The position numbers and the translations under genes were made by a program. Under the pieces are notes generated by a model. It made no database searches. It was not told the origin of the DNA and saw only the letters and a list, made by a program, of their open reading frames with translations. A stretch of 64,000 nt of DNA from Candidatus Ozemobacteraceae bacterium (GTDB lineage: Bacteria > Muiribacteriota > Ozemobacteria > Ozemobacterales > Ozemobacteraceae). Of the stretch, positions 38,746 to 47,924 are shown piece by piece (within the stretch, counting starts at the first letter, position 1; every line of letters starts with the position of its first letter). The DNA is taken from contig OZ223236.1 of assembly GCA_965140445.1 (NCBI GenBank), positions 2,368,001 through 2,432,000 of the forward strand. Direction: 5' to 3'.

Positions 38746-40605
38746 TTATTCTTCCTCTACAAAATCTTCCTCATTAGCAGAAACGTCTTTTCCTTCGTCT
38801 GGATTCAATTTTTCCAGATCTATTTTGCTGTTTAAAACAAATCGAATAAAGTATCTGGTATCGTCAATCGGGATTTCTTGCGTGTTTTCTAATGCAGGAT
38901 TTTTAAATACTTTTGATGCGCCAAGTTTATTTAAATACTCAAAAACGCTATCAGAATTGTCTGCATGCCCAAGAATTTTTATTTTAGGAGGGTCTTCCTT
39001 ATAAAGAATCTCAGTGCTGGTTAGAAAAATTTGATGGGGAGTGATGCTTGCTATTTCAAGAAGGAGCGCTGAATTATAGATTTGAAGCTTTTTTAATTCA
39101 GAATCAACATCGTTAAATTTGTTTAACTTTTCTTGTTCAGCAAGTAATTTGGTAACTTCTCCCTGAGAACTTTTAAGCTTTCCAAGCTTCTTTCCTAGTG
39201 TTTTATAATCAATTTTTGCCTGGCTAACCTTTTGTCGTATTAATACTACTGGAATTGCTGCAATTAAAAGGACAAGTAATCCAATTAGTCCTGCAATAAT
39301 TTTTAATTTTTGTTCATCAAGCTGGAAGAAATTAGAGGAAAAATTCCCTCCAAATTTTGAACTAACCCCTGAAAGGTTCATTGTCTGCTGTTTTCTGTTG
39401 GGGAAAAGGATGTCTATGAAGTTTACAATCTCTGGTTCTCCCTGGTATAGCGAAACACCAAGACAAGGGCTCAGCGCAGGCGCATCAACAGATAATTGTT
39501 CTTGCTCATATTTGATTTCGCCTAGCGGAAGATTTTTAAATGGATCTCCGATTTCAGTCGGAACTTCAAGGCTTTCTTCGATGAATTCCTTAAAATTTTT
39601 CATTCCAGCTGATCCGCCGGTAAGTAGTATTTTATTTAATCCACTTTCACCAGATTGGGAAATATAAAAACTAATTGATAATTGTATATGTTGAAAAACT
39701 TTTTCAACTGATTCAAAAATCTTTGTTGCTGCGAATTTTTCAACGCCTTTGAGTTCTTGAATCTCGTCTGGTGGCATAACACCCAGTTTGTGTTTAAGCT
39801 CTATGGCTTCATTTATATTATTAAACTTTATTTCTTTTCCCTCAAATTCACCACCTGCATAAATGGCATCGGTGATTGTTTGTCCCGCCATGTTTATATC
39901 TCGGAAAAATTGAATTTTTCCGTTTTTATAAATCATGATAGAGGTGGTAGAATTTCCCGAGTGTATTAAAGCAACTTTTTTATCGTCTGTTGAATATGGC
40001 TCCATTTGAGCCTTTAGGGACATTTCAAGAGCTTGGGGCAGGGTAATAATTCCCTCATCTGTTAACCCGCCACCCTTAAAATTCAGATTGAAATATTCAA
40101 TAATATCCTTCTGAAGAGCGGCCACCATTATTTGCGTTAATGCTTTTTCTTCTACAACGACATCGCCAAGCACGTGATAGCCCAAAACAGCATTACCCAT
40201 TGAAAAGGGCATCTGCTTGTTAGCCTCAGCTGTTACGGCTTCTGTAAGCTTGTCTTTTTCGACAACGGGAGGGATCTCTATACATCTGATTGTAACCTCT
40301 CGATTTGATGCAAATGAGATAGCTCTTTTGGTCTGAATTTCATTGTCGTAAAGAAGTTCTGTTAAATGAGTGGTTAAAAATTGTCTAAGCTCTTTGAGAC
40401 AATGTTGAGTAACATCGTCTTTTGCCATTGTTTCGAGTTGCTCTTCAGTTAGTTCGTCCTTGTAATCGGGAATCCTCATTTGGGAGAGGGTTGCCAAGGT
40501 TGGGTTTCCCTCTTCATCTCTTTTTATAAAGGCAAACTTAAGAGAGAAGGAACCTACATCGATAGAAACGAATGGTTGAAAGGCGTCTTTTGCAGTTTCA
40601 CTCAT
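38746..40605 (-). CDS. Fused PilM (actin-like)-PilN protein
   Basis: SIDVGSFSLK, EANKQMPF, ILLTGGSA; then IVNFIDILFP, a TM helix, coiled coil and PilN-like I.ILGHA...V..Y...L domain, all in one ORF. Confidence 0.82.
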   Translation of the reverse strand: MSETAKDAFQPFVSIDVGSFSLKFAFIKRDEEGNPTLATLSQMRIPDYKDELTEEQLETMAKDDVTQHCLKELRQFLTTHLTELLYDNEIQTKRAISFASNREVTIRCIEIPPVVEKDKLTEAVTAEANKQMPFSMGNAVLGYHVLGDVVVEEKALTQIMVAALQKDIIEYFNLNFKGGGLTDEGIITLPQALEMSLKAQMEPYSTDDKKVALIHSGNSTTSIMIYKNGKIQFFRDINMAGQTITDAIYAGGEFEGKEIKFNNINEAIELKHKLGVMPPDEIQELKGVEKFAATKIFESVEKVFQHIQLSISFYISQSGESGLNKILLTGGSAGMKNFKEFIEESLEVPTEIGDPFKNLPLGEIKYEQEQLSVDAPALSPCLGVSLYQGEPEIVNFIDILFPNRKQQTMNLSGVSSKFGGNFSSNFFQLDEQKLKIIAGLIGLLVLLIAAIPVVLIRQKVSQAKIDYKTLGKKLGKLKSSQGEVTKLLAEQEKLNKFNDVDSELKKLQIYNSALLLEIASITPHQIFLTSTEILYKEDPPKIKILGHADNSDSVFEYLNKLGASKVFKNPALENTQEIPIDDTRYFIRFVLNSKIDLEKLNPDEGKDVSANEEDFVEEE

Positions 40606-40617
40606 ATGCTAAATAGT

Positions 40618-40654
40618 AAAAAAACATGTTAGACATGAAGTCTAACATGTTTTT
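40618..40654 (-). terminator. Intrinsic terminator between pilin and pilMN
   Basis: Perfect AAAAACATGTTAGAC/GTCTAACATGTTTTT stem with T7 on the minus strand. Confidence 0.75.
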
Positions 40655-40671
40655 CTTTAAAAAATAAAAAT

Positions 40672-41319
40672 TTACCAGGTTTTTTGTGTTTCGCCATCGG
40701 CAGAAGACGATTTGCTAGCAGAAAAAGCTCTTCTAACTCTTGCTACAGAAACAACGATATCATCTCCGCCGTCATCTCCGCCGTAATCAGAGTTGTCGAA
40801 AATTGTGTTTGGATCGTCATAAGAACCATCAGGCCCTGCAGAGTGTAGATAAATATTTTTTTCATGAACGCCATAAAGGAGAGGGTTGCCCCATGCATCC
40901 AACATAAAATCTGCAGGATCTCCGTCCATGTAAGGGCCTTTCCAACGTCTATTCCATGTTTTTGCAGCGATTCCAAGGTTTTTCCAGGCAGCTGGTGCCC
41001 CTGCAAGTGGTGTGACTTTATCTGTTACAAGACAGTTTGACTCGGTGGTGGGCCCTAAACCATTTCCGCCGTTAAAAGCTACAAAGTTATCCGTTGCAGT
41101 ACTTTTCATGCTTGCGCCAGCGTGTGGATAATGACCCAAATCGGCGTTAAAGTTAACCATTGCAGTTTTTAAGTTGCCCATGGCACTCTTGGTTGCTGAA
41201 ATTTTACCCTGGTCCGTAATACTTGTAATCATAGGTCCTGCAACAGATGCAAGAACGGCGATTACGATGATAACTACCATGATCTCCATCAATGTAAAAC
41301 CTGATCTTGTGTTGTACAT
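40672..41319 (-). CDS. Type IV prepilin with GspG (T2SS major pseudopilin)-like C-domain
   Basis: Class III signal RSG/FTLMEIMVV (G-1, F1, E5); WKGPY, DAWGNP, S.GPDG and DDI motifs; SD GGGAG. Confidence 0.88.
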   Translation of the reverse strand: MYNTRSGFTLMEIMVVIIVIAVLASVAGPMITSITDQGKISATKSAMGNLKTAMVNFNADLGHYPHAGASMKSTATDNFVAFNGGNGLGPTTESNCLVTDKVTPLAGAPAAWKNLGIAAKTWNRRWKGPYMDGDPADFMLDAWGNPLLYGVHEKNIYLHSAGPDGSYDDPNTIFDNSDYGGDDGGDDIVVSVARVRRAFSASKSSSADGETQKTW

Positions 41320-41350
41320 GGCTTTTACTCCCTTTTTTATCTCAAATGGC

Positions 41351-41391
41351 AATATAGGTACATATATCGGCAGTGTCAAGACTTGAGTTTA
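41351..41391 (-). promoter_or_regulatory. Overlapping sigma70 and sigma28-like promoters of the pilin gene
   Basis: TTGACA(41379-41374)-17-TATATT(41356-41351) and TAAA(41391-41388)-16-GCCGATAT(41371-41364). Confidence 0.65.
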
Positions 41392-41450
41392 AAATTATTT
41401 TTCAACAATTTTTCGTTGCTTTAGTTTTTATCCTAAGGGATACTTCTTCT

Positions 41451-43631
41451 ATGAACAAACGATCTCATCTCGCCTTTATAGTGGTAATAGCCATTTTAGC
41501 TGCCTGTATATTTACCTGGTCTCTTATTACCTTCTTCTCTCAACAGAGTCTCTCAGGAAGATACCACATTTTGGATCACGATTCCATGATGTTTTTTCGA
41601 TGGTATGAACAATCGCTATTACAAGGGAAACCAATAGATATCGATTCTTATCAGTGTTTCCCTTATACTCAGAAAATTGGATTGCCACCGGTAATAAGGA
41701 GTTTTTACTTTTATTTTGCCAACTTTCTTTTTGCTATTTTTCCAAACCTTTCAATAGAGCATGCGGTGGGCTTTTTGCCTCCAATTGCGCTATTAATTTT
41801 GATTTCCATTTTGACAGCATTTACCTGGAAGCAAACCAAAAATTATGCGCTGACTATATTAGTGTTGTTTTTCTCGTTTCCAGGAATATTTAATAAGGTT
41901 ACCCACTCTTATTTGCATCTGGATCATCACTTTTTGGTTGGGCTTTTTATCTGGGCCTGGATTATTTTCTTAGCAAACTTCTTAAAATCGAAAGATGACT
42001 TTTCTAAGATAGGTGGGGCATTATCTGTTTCCTTGCTTTATTTTACATGGCTGGGAAGCCCGATGTTTGCTGGTTTTGCCTTTTTAATGGGCATGGTTTA
42101 CTTCTTTTTTGATAAAGAACTTTGTTTAGAATATTTCGAGTATTACTCAACTTCGCTTCTAATTTGCGCTGGATTGATGGGTATATATTTTCTCAAAAGT
42201 GGAGCAGCTCAAATTTCAGACATGTCTCGATTTGGTTGGTTTCATTTTTGTTCAGCTCTGGTTGTTGGCTTTGGTGCGCGCTTTTTTATTTTTTCATTAA
42301 AGAAAAAGAATGCTGCTCTTTGGCTTGGTTTGGGCGGAATAGTTTGTATAATTGCTCTTTTGCCAATGAGAGAGCCTATTGCCGGCGGTTTAAAGTTCTT
42401 GTTCGCAAAGGATTTTCTTTATAAAACTGTTGGTGAATTACAGCCTTTGATGACCGAAAATGGTCAACTTATGTCCTTTAACAAGATTTTCGATTTCTTT
42501 GGCCCCGAGTATTTATTGTTTTTCCTTATCTGGGTCTATCCACCAAAGAGTCTTTTTAATCGAAATGGAAAAGTTGTAAGGGACTTTATTGTCTTGTTCG
42601 TTCTTCTAACCTTAAATCAAGTTCGCTTTTGTCGCTGGATTGCTGGCCCCTTAGGTCTTTTTTCCGCAGTAATTGTATATCAGATTGTTTGTTTGCTCAG
42701 ACCGGTTTTAAAGGATAAAAAAATGCCAAAGCTGGCATTAGGACTAATTTTAGTCCCAATATTTGTTCTTTCTTTAAATAATAAATTTCTGTTTTTAAAC
42801 AAGAGTAATGAAATATATAAGAATAGAATTGATGGCTATAACTGGATACAGGAAAACACACCAGTAACAAGTGGTTATTCAGACGAGAACCCTCCAGAGT
42901 ATGGCGTTTTATCATTCTGGGACAGGGGAAACGAGATTACATGTTTTGCAAGACGACCGGCTGTTGTCAGCAATACAATGAGAGGCATGGGAACCATGGC
43001 ACAGATTTTTTCCGCGGAAACTGAATCCCAGGCCTATGAAAAATGTAAGGACAAAAAAGTTCGCTATATTCTCACAGAGCCAAACTATTTTTCAGATGAG
43101 TATATGGCATTTTTAAAATGTGTGAGCCAAAATGCTTCTGGCCCCGAATTTTTGTTTGTGAGCGAGGAAGATGAGAAGAAATACGCCGGGGCAAAATTAA
43201 TAGATTCTTTTTATCATTGGCTTACTTTTAAGGCTGGCATGATGCCTCAGGCTAAGTTTGGAACTTCAGAACATTTTATGCTTGTATGGGTTTCTGATGC
43301 AAAAGTTAAAGGCGCTATGCCTGCTGTTATGCTTTATCAAGCGGTTGAAGGCGCACTGATCGTAGGGAAAAGTAAGCCAGGTAAAAAGGTTAGACTCGCT
43401 TTAAGAGTTACTATTGATAAGGTTGTGATGGACTATTCACAAGTGGCAGTCTCAGATGAAGTTGGAAACTACTCTTTCCGGGTCTGTTATCCCACGAAGT
43501 TTTCTTCGGGAAAAGTTGAAACGGATGAATTTTATACTTTAATGATGACCGATGAAGAAGGCGAGGTAAAAATTCCCTTGAAAATTTCCTTAGATTGGAT
43601 TCAGAGTGGAAAAAGAGTAATCATTGAATAG
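41451..43631 (+). CDS. STT3/AglB-type oligosaccharyltransferase (GT66, GT-C fold)
   Basis: Many TMs; DHD (DxD), DHH, TVGELQP (TIXE-like), QVRF, WIQENTP...YGVLSFWDRG (WWDxG variant); AglB-like C-terminal beta domain GA.I.G...PG..V....Y......D..G.Y...V.YPT. Confidence 0.82.
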   Translation: MNKRSHLAFIVVIAILAACIFTWSLITFFSQQSLSGRYHILDHDSMMFFRWYEQSLLQGKPIDIDSYQCFPYTQKIGLPPVIRSFYFYFANFLFAIFPNLSIEHAVGFLPPIALLILISILTAFTWKQTKNYALTILVLFFSFPGIFNKVTHSYLHLDHHFLVGLFIWAWIIFLANFLKSKDDFSKIGGALSVSLLYFTWLGSPMFAGFAFLMGMVYFFFDKELCLEYFEYYSTSLLICAGLMGIYFLKSGAAQISDMSRFGWFHFCSALVVGFGARFFIFSLKKKNAALWLGLGGIVCIIALLPMREPIAGGLKFLFAKDFLYKTVGELQPLMTENGQLMSFNKIFDFFGPEYLLFFLIWVYPPKSLFNRNGKVVRDFIVLFVLLTLNQVRFCRWIAGPLGLFSAVIVYQIVCLLRPVLKDKKMPKLALGLILVPIFVLSLNNKFLFLNKSNEIYKNRIDGYNWIQENTPVTSGYSDENPPEYGVLSFWDRGNEITCFARRPAVVSNTMRGMGTMAQIFSAETESQAYEKCKDKKVRYILTEPNYFSDEYMAFLKCVSQNASGPEFLFVSEEDEKKYAGAKLIDSFYHWLTFKAGMMPQAKFGTSEHFMLVWVSDAKVKGAMPAVMLYQAVEGALIVGKSKPGKKVRLALRVTIDKVVMDYSQVAVSDEVGNYSFRVCYPTKFSSGKVETDEFYTLMMTDEEGEVKIPLKISLDWIQSGKRVIIE

Positions 43632-45423
43632 GTGCGAACAGGTTATTTTTCCATTTTTCTAAGGCCCGGGTTGTTGACACTTCGTTCTTTTGAAGACTGA
43701 TTGCAATCGTTTGGGAAGCTGTTTCAACATACAGGTAGTTTTCATTTTCACTTAATCTACTTGTTTTTTTTATTACATTGTCGATCAGGTTGTTGCCTAA
43801 AAAAGACTGGGGAGACATTGCTCCTAATAAAGAACAAATCGTTGGAGCAATGTCAATTTGACTGCAAAAAGTTTTTGGCTGAAGCTCTTTAAAATACTCT
43901 GGCTTTCGAGTAACAAAAATTAGAGGGATGGTTTCTTTTTGAATTGGTACATTTGTTTTGACCAATTCTTTATGACCCCAGCCAGGTAGTGGGTAATGAT
44001 CACTTGTTATTACTATAAGCGTATCCGGAGTAAAAAGTTTGCGCTTGTTTAATTCAGCGAAGAAATATCTAAGACTAAGGTCAGAGGAAAATAAAGATGG
44101 AACAATCGGGCTGGGATGGTTTCTTATTGAGGGGGGGAGCTTTTCCTTGGGAACTGCACAAAAGTATGGGGGCTGGTGAAGATCTATAGTCTTAGCAAAA
44201 ATCATAACCGGAACATTGTTTTTCTTTTCGAGCTCCAAAATTCTTATGGTCTCAGAAAAAATAGTGGGGTCATGGTACCCCCAGTGGGAGGGAGGAAGCT
44301 TGGGCAATTTTTTTTGAAAATCTTCTTGGGCAATAAGCTTATCTGCTTTGAAAACATCTGAAATGATTTTATGCTCGCCTCCATAAAACTTGCTGCAGCC
44401 TCTTATAAAGTAGGTTTTTCCTTGTGTGTGTTGTTTAAAAATCTCAAAAAGGCTGGAATGTTTAAGTTTTCGAGATAGGTCTGGTGAATAAGGCAACCGG
44501 GACATTAAAATTGAAAAAATTCCTTTAATAGTGGGGCAATTTGCCGCAATCATATTGTCTACTCTGGGAAATGTACTTAGAAGATAGTCAAAAAACGCTG
44601 AAGCTTCTTTGGGGATATCTTTATTGTAAAAATGGGTGTAGCTGTTAGCCATGCCTTCCAGGACAATGAAAATGATATTCTTGAAAACAGGTTTGACGTA
44701 AGTTAGCTGGGATTGAGGTGCTATAAGTCCAAGGCTTTGCAAAAAAGCCTTTTCTTCGGGAGTATATTCTATGAATTTTGTAACAGGGTACTTTTCAGAA
44801 ATTGGGATTGACCTGAAAAAAGACAAAAGTAACCCATTCTGAGTTTCTAAGAGTTGATTTTTGCGATAAAGAAACGCTTCTGCCTGAGGATGTGATTCGA
44901 AATCTTTTTCAGAGATTTCTAGGGTTACGTAGAATGAAAAGTAACATAGAAATGCTGTGACCAAAATTAGTGAGATGAAAAGGTTTTGATTTATTTCTGC
45001 TTTTTTTTCCTTTAAAAGGAAAGAAGTAAGAAAAAATACCCCTCCAATTATCATTAATGAGCCAAATATACTTAAAAGAATAGGTACATTAAGGGTTGCT
45101 TTGATTGAATAAAAGTTTAAATCATGCAAAACTCCCCAGTTAAAACGGGACCCGGAAATCTTTAAGTGTGAATAGCAGATAATTTCTATTGCTACAAATA
45201 GTCCTGCTATGGCTCCACCTAAAAAGCGAAGTTTTTGAAACCTTCCGATGAATAAAAATATAAAGAAGAATGCGATCGAAAGGAAGAAAATATCTGTGGA
45301 AATACCCTTAAATAAAAAGAGAGAGGCTTCTTTATCCAGGTTCAATTCACTTAGTGTAAAAAGAGAATAGTTGCCCAAAGCTATTAAGAGGGCAAGCCCA
45401 AGAATTGTAAAAAGAAATTTCAT
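43621..45423 (-). CDS. LTA-synthase/GacH-like phosphoglycerol transferase (alkaline phosphatase/sulfatase superfamily)
   Basis: About 5 N-terminal TMs, NIIFIVLEG, catalytic Thr in CPTIKG, WG..D, T..LHQP, ITSDH, SQIDIAPT. Confidence 0.8.
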   Translation of the reverse strand: MKFLFTILGLALLIALGNYSLFTLSELNLDKEASLFLFKGISTDIFFLSIAFFFIFLFIGRFQKLRFLGGAIAGLFVAIEIICYSHLKISGSRFNWGVLHDLNFYSIKATLNVPILLSIFGSLMIIGGVFFLTSFLLKEKKAEINQNLFISLILVTAFLCYFSFYVTLEISEKDFESHPQAEAFLYRKNQLLETQNGLLLSFFRSIPISEKYPVTKFIEYTPEEKAFLQSLGLIAPQSQLTYVKPVFKNIIFIVLEGMANSYTHFYNKDIPKEASAFFDYLLSTFPRVDNMIAANCPTIKGIFSILMSRLPYSPDLSRKLKHSSLFEIFKQHTQGKTYFIRGCSKFYGGEHKIISDVFKADKLIAQEDFQKKLPKLPPSHWGYHDPTIFSETIRILELEKKNNVPVMIFAKTIDLHQPPYFCAVPKEKLPPSIRNHPSPIVPSLFSSDLSLRYFFAELNKRKLFTPDTLIVITSDHYPLPGWGHKELVKTNVPIQKETIPLIFVTRKPEYFKELQPKTFCSQIDIAPTICSLLGAMSPQSFLGNNLIDNVIKKTSRLSENENYLYVETASQTIAISLQKNEVSTTRALEKWKNNLFAPIQ

Positions 45424-46805
45424 TTTAACAGGCCGCTAAAGTCTTTAATATCAGTGAGAATAGCGAAAACATTTTTGAAATCTTTAAGTTTTTTAAGTTT
45501 TTCAATATTATTGCAGGTGTAAGCTAGTATTGGAATATTTGGCAATTGGGCAAAAACTTCTTCATTTACAATTTCCCAACGCAAAGAGATTGCAGAAGCC
45601 CCAGCAAAGCCAGCCAAAGCTCTTACTTTTTCCGGTGACAAGGTAAAGTAAGGTAATCCGTATGAAACTCCCCAGATTTTATGGGCTTTAGATAGTAGGG
45701 TTAGTCGCTGTAGGAAAAATGGGTCAGGATGTTCAATAAAGCAGGTTAAACTCGCTGGAAATTTTTCCAGAAGGCCGTTTAGTTTATTGGCGATAATTTC
45801 AGTTTTTTGAAAATCCAATTCTTTAATATCGAGCCATAGATAAGAAAGCTCAGAAAAGTTGGGAATTTTTAGTAAATCATTTATTGCGATTAATTTTGAG
45901 GAATTTTCATTTCCTATTTCATCGTGGCTAAGGAATAAACCATTGGATTTATCCATTGATACGTCCAGTTCAATTCCTTTAAATCCTATGGAAATGGTTT
46001 CCTGAATTGCTTTAAAGGAATTTCCCTTCTGACCAGTGTTAAGGCCTCGATGTGACCAAACTTTGTTTTGCCCTGTAGGAATCGAATCTGAAAAAAGCTT
46101 CCAGAAATCAGTGCTTTGAAACTCATTCGTATTGATCGAGAAAAAATGGCTGTTAACAAATAAATCCTGTTGTTGGATATTTTCAGGGTTCGAATCTTTC
46201 ATGATCATTCTGTGTAAAGAGGGAAGCTCTGGCATTTGGACAAAATAGCTTCTGGCAGAGACAAGAAATCTTTGCCAGTCTGCTTCTTTCTGGAATGGAT
46301 TTTTCACCGGGTTATAATCCAGAAAAAGAAAGGAGCCGGCAAGGCCTGATATAACAACCATGACCAGGTTCTTGTGACTCTTAGGCAGTGGTTTTTGTAA
46401 TCCAAATAGATAACTAAATAAAACCACCAGCAAAATAAAGCAAAAACAAGATAATAATTTACCTGGAATGTTACTCAAAAGAGTTGCAAGTAGCTTCTGG
46501 TCAATTCTTGAATGAAAAATTAAAATAGAGACTGAATCAATAACTGAGATAAAGAAAATTGATGAAAGACTCAAAGTGCAAATTGTTCGCAATATGGAAA
46601 TTGATCCAAATAGGTTTATAAAATAAAAAAGACTGATGAATTGGAATTCATATAGAGTTCCGATTGTTAGGAGCAAAACTTTTGCCGGGAAATCTGGAAG
46701 CAAAAAAAGAATCAGGGATTTGTTTAATAATATTATTGCTGGAAGTATCCATAAAACGAGATTTGTAAGTTTGTGCTTTTCTTTTCCAGTGTGTGATTGA
46801 TTCAT
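45420..46805 (-). CDS. Membrane protein with glycerophosphodiester phosphodiesterase (GDPD) domain
   Basis: About 5 TMs followed by WSHRG, GNS, GIELDV, LSHD, WLDIK, YT.N, ILTD. Confidence 0.78.
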   Translation of the reverse strand: MNQSHTGKEKHKLTNLVLWILPAIILLNKSLILFLLPDFPAKVLLLTIGTLYEFQFISLFYFINLFGSISILRTICTLSLSSIFFISVIDSVSILIFHSRIDQKLLATLLSNIPGKLLSCFCFILLVVLFSYLFGLQKPLPKSHKNLVMVVISGLAGSFLFLDYNPVKNPFQKEADWQRFLVSARSYFVQMPELPSLHRMIMKDSNPENIQQQDLFVNSHFFSINTNEFQSTDFWKLFSDSIPTGQNKVWSHRGLNTGQKGNSFKAIQETISIGFKGIELDVSMDKSNGLFLSHDEIGNENSSKLIAINDLLKIPNFSELSYLWLDIKELDFQKTEIIANKLNGLLEKFPASLTCFIEHPDPFFLQRLTLLSKAHKIWGVSYGLPYFTLSPEKVRALAGFAGASAISLRWEIVNEEVFAQLPNIPILAYTCNNIEKLKKLKDFKNVFAILTDIKDFSGLLK

Positions 46806-47188
46806 TAACTTTCCTTTTCTTGCTGTTTTTTCTTTAACTTATCATCTCTTGTTTTTTCCTCAAGAATAGAAAGTTGCTGTGAGATATTTTTAATTTGTTC
46901 ATTTTGCTTGGTTATGACTACAGAAAATTGAATTAGAATTATTAAAACAAAGAAAAAGAAACCTAAGAAAAGCAGAGAGGGAGGGTAGTATACCCCGAAG
47001 ATGTTTGCAAAATAATCGAGCGCGCCCTTCCAAAGAGAAAGTATCAATAAAATTATCGCTGAAACAAACCAGAGAATGGAGTAGGCTTCTTGAATTTTTC
47101 TTTTCCTTGTAAGATGAAAAACAAAAAAAAGAAAACCCAGACTTAGGGCGAATGAAATGATTTGTATTTTTTCGAATTGGAATTCCAT
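46805..47188 (-). CDS. DUF2304 family membrane protein (GacJ/Rv3632-like)
   Basis: 3 TMs, R..I...YSILW, A..FGVYYPP.L, C-terminal coiled coil; directly after a DPM-like GT2. Confidence 0.82.
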   Translation of the reverse strand: MEFQFEKIQIISFALSLGFLFFVFHLTRKRKIQEAYSILWFVSAIILLILSLWKGALDYFANIFGVYYPPSLLFLGFFFFVLIILIQFSVVITKQNEQIKNISQQLSILEEKTRDDKLKKKQQEKES

Positions 47189-47198
47189 ATTAAATAAA

Positions 47199-47924
47199 CT
47201 ATAACTCAGATTTTTCTCTTAAAGCAGTAGTGAATATTGCTAAAACTGTTTTTATCATAAAATAAATTGATAAATGGGGGGTTATGGAAGACACTCCAGC
47301 CTTTCTAGAACTCATTTTAACGGGTTCTTCCTCTACTTTTAGGGCAAATTTTCTGGAATAAATAAATTCTTCGGGTTCAGGGTAATCAAATGTGGGGTAG
47401 CGATGCGAAAACAAATTTATGGCAGTTTTGCTATAGCAGCGCATACCAGAAGTTGCGTCGGTAATTTTAAATCCAGTAAGCAGACTAATCTCAAAATTAA
47501 GAACCATTATTCCTAAGCGTCTCAAAAAAGTGGAGCGATACCCCTTTGAACTAGCTAAAAATCTTGATCCAACAACTACGTCAGCAGATTTTTCTTTCAT
47601 TGCATGGATCAGATTTTTTATAAATTCTGGACGATGCTGTCCGTCACCATCAAATTTTATTGCACAATCAAAATCGTTTTCATTTGCAAATTTTAAACCG
47701 GTTTGAAAAGCTGCTCCCACACCAAGGTTGCATGGAAGTTTTAAAATGGTATTAGCTTTGGTACTACTGGCTATTTCAAAAGTTTTGTCGGTAGAACCAT
47801 CGTCGACAATGATAATGTGAAAATCCTCAGTTAACTCCTTAAATGTCTCAAGAAGCCCTTCAATTGTTGTCGTCAGAGAATCTTCTTCATTATAGCAGGG
47901 GACAATAATTGCTACCTTTTTCAT
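47199..47924 (-). CDS. GT2 polyprenol-phosphate glycosyltransferase (DPM1/GacI-like)
   Basis: IVPCYNEE, VDDGSTD, NLGVG.A.QTG, FDGDGQH, VVGSRF, TDATSG.R, YPEPE, R.AG.SS. Confidence 0.88.
   Translation of the reverse strand: MKKVAIIVPCYNEEDSLTTTIEGLLETFKELTEDFHIIIVDDGSTDKTFEIASSTKANTILKLPCNLGVGAAFQTGLKFANENDFDCAIKFDGDGQHRPEFIKNLIHAMKEKSADVVVGSRFLASSKGYRSTFLRRLGIMVLNFEISLLTGFKITDATSGMRCYSKTAINLFSHRYPTFDYPEPEEFIYSRKFALKVEEEPVKMSSRKAGVSSITPHLSIYFMIKTVLAIFTTALREKSEL

Noticed and set aside
40672..41319. Pilin as a classical N-glycosylation substrate of the adjacent OST
   Set aside because: No N-x-S/T sequon in the pilin; the substrate question is left open in the findings
41320..41450. N-terminal extensions of pilin (41379) and OST (41373) in the ORF track
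   Set aside because: These starts fall inside promoter elements; ATG 41319 gives a proper short prepilin leader with SD
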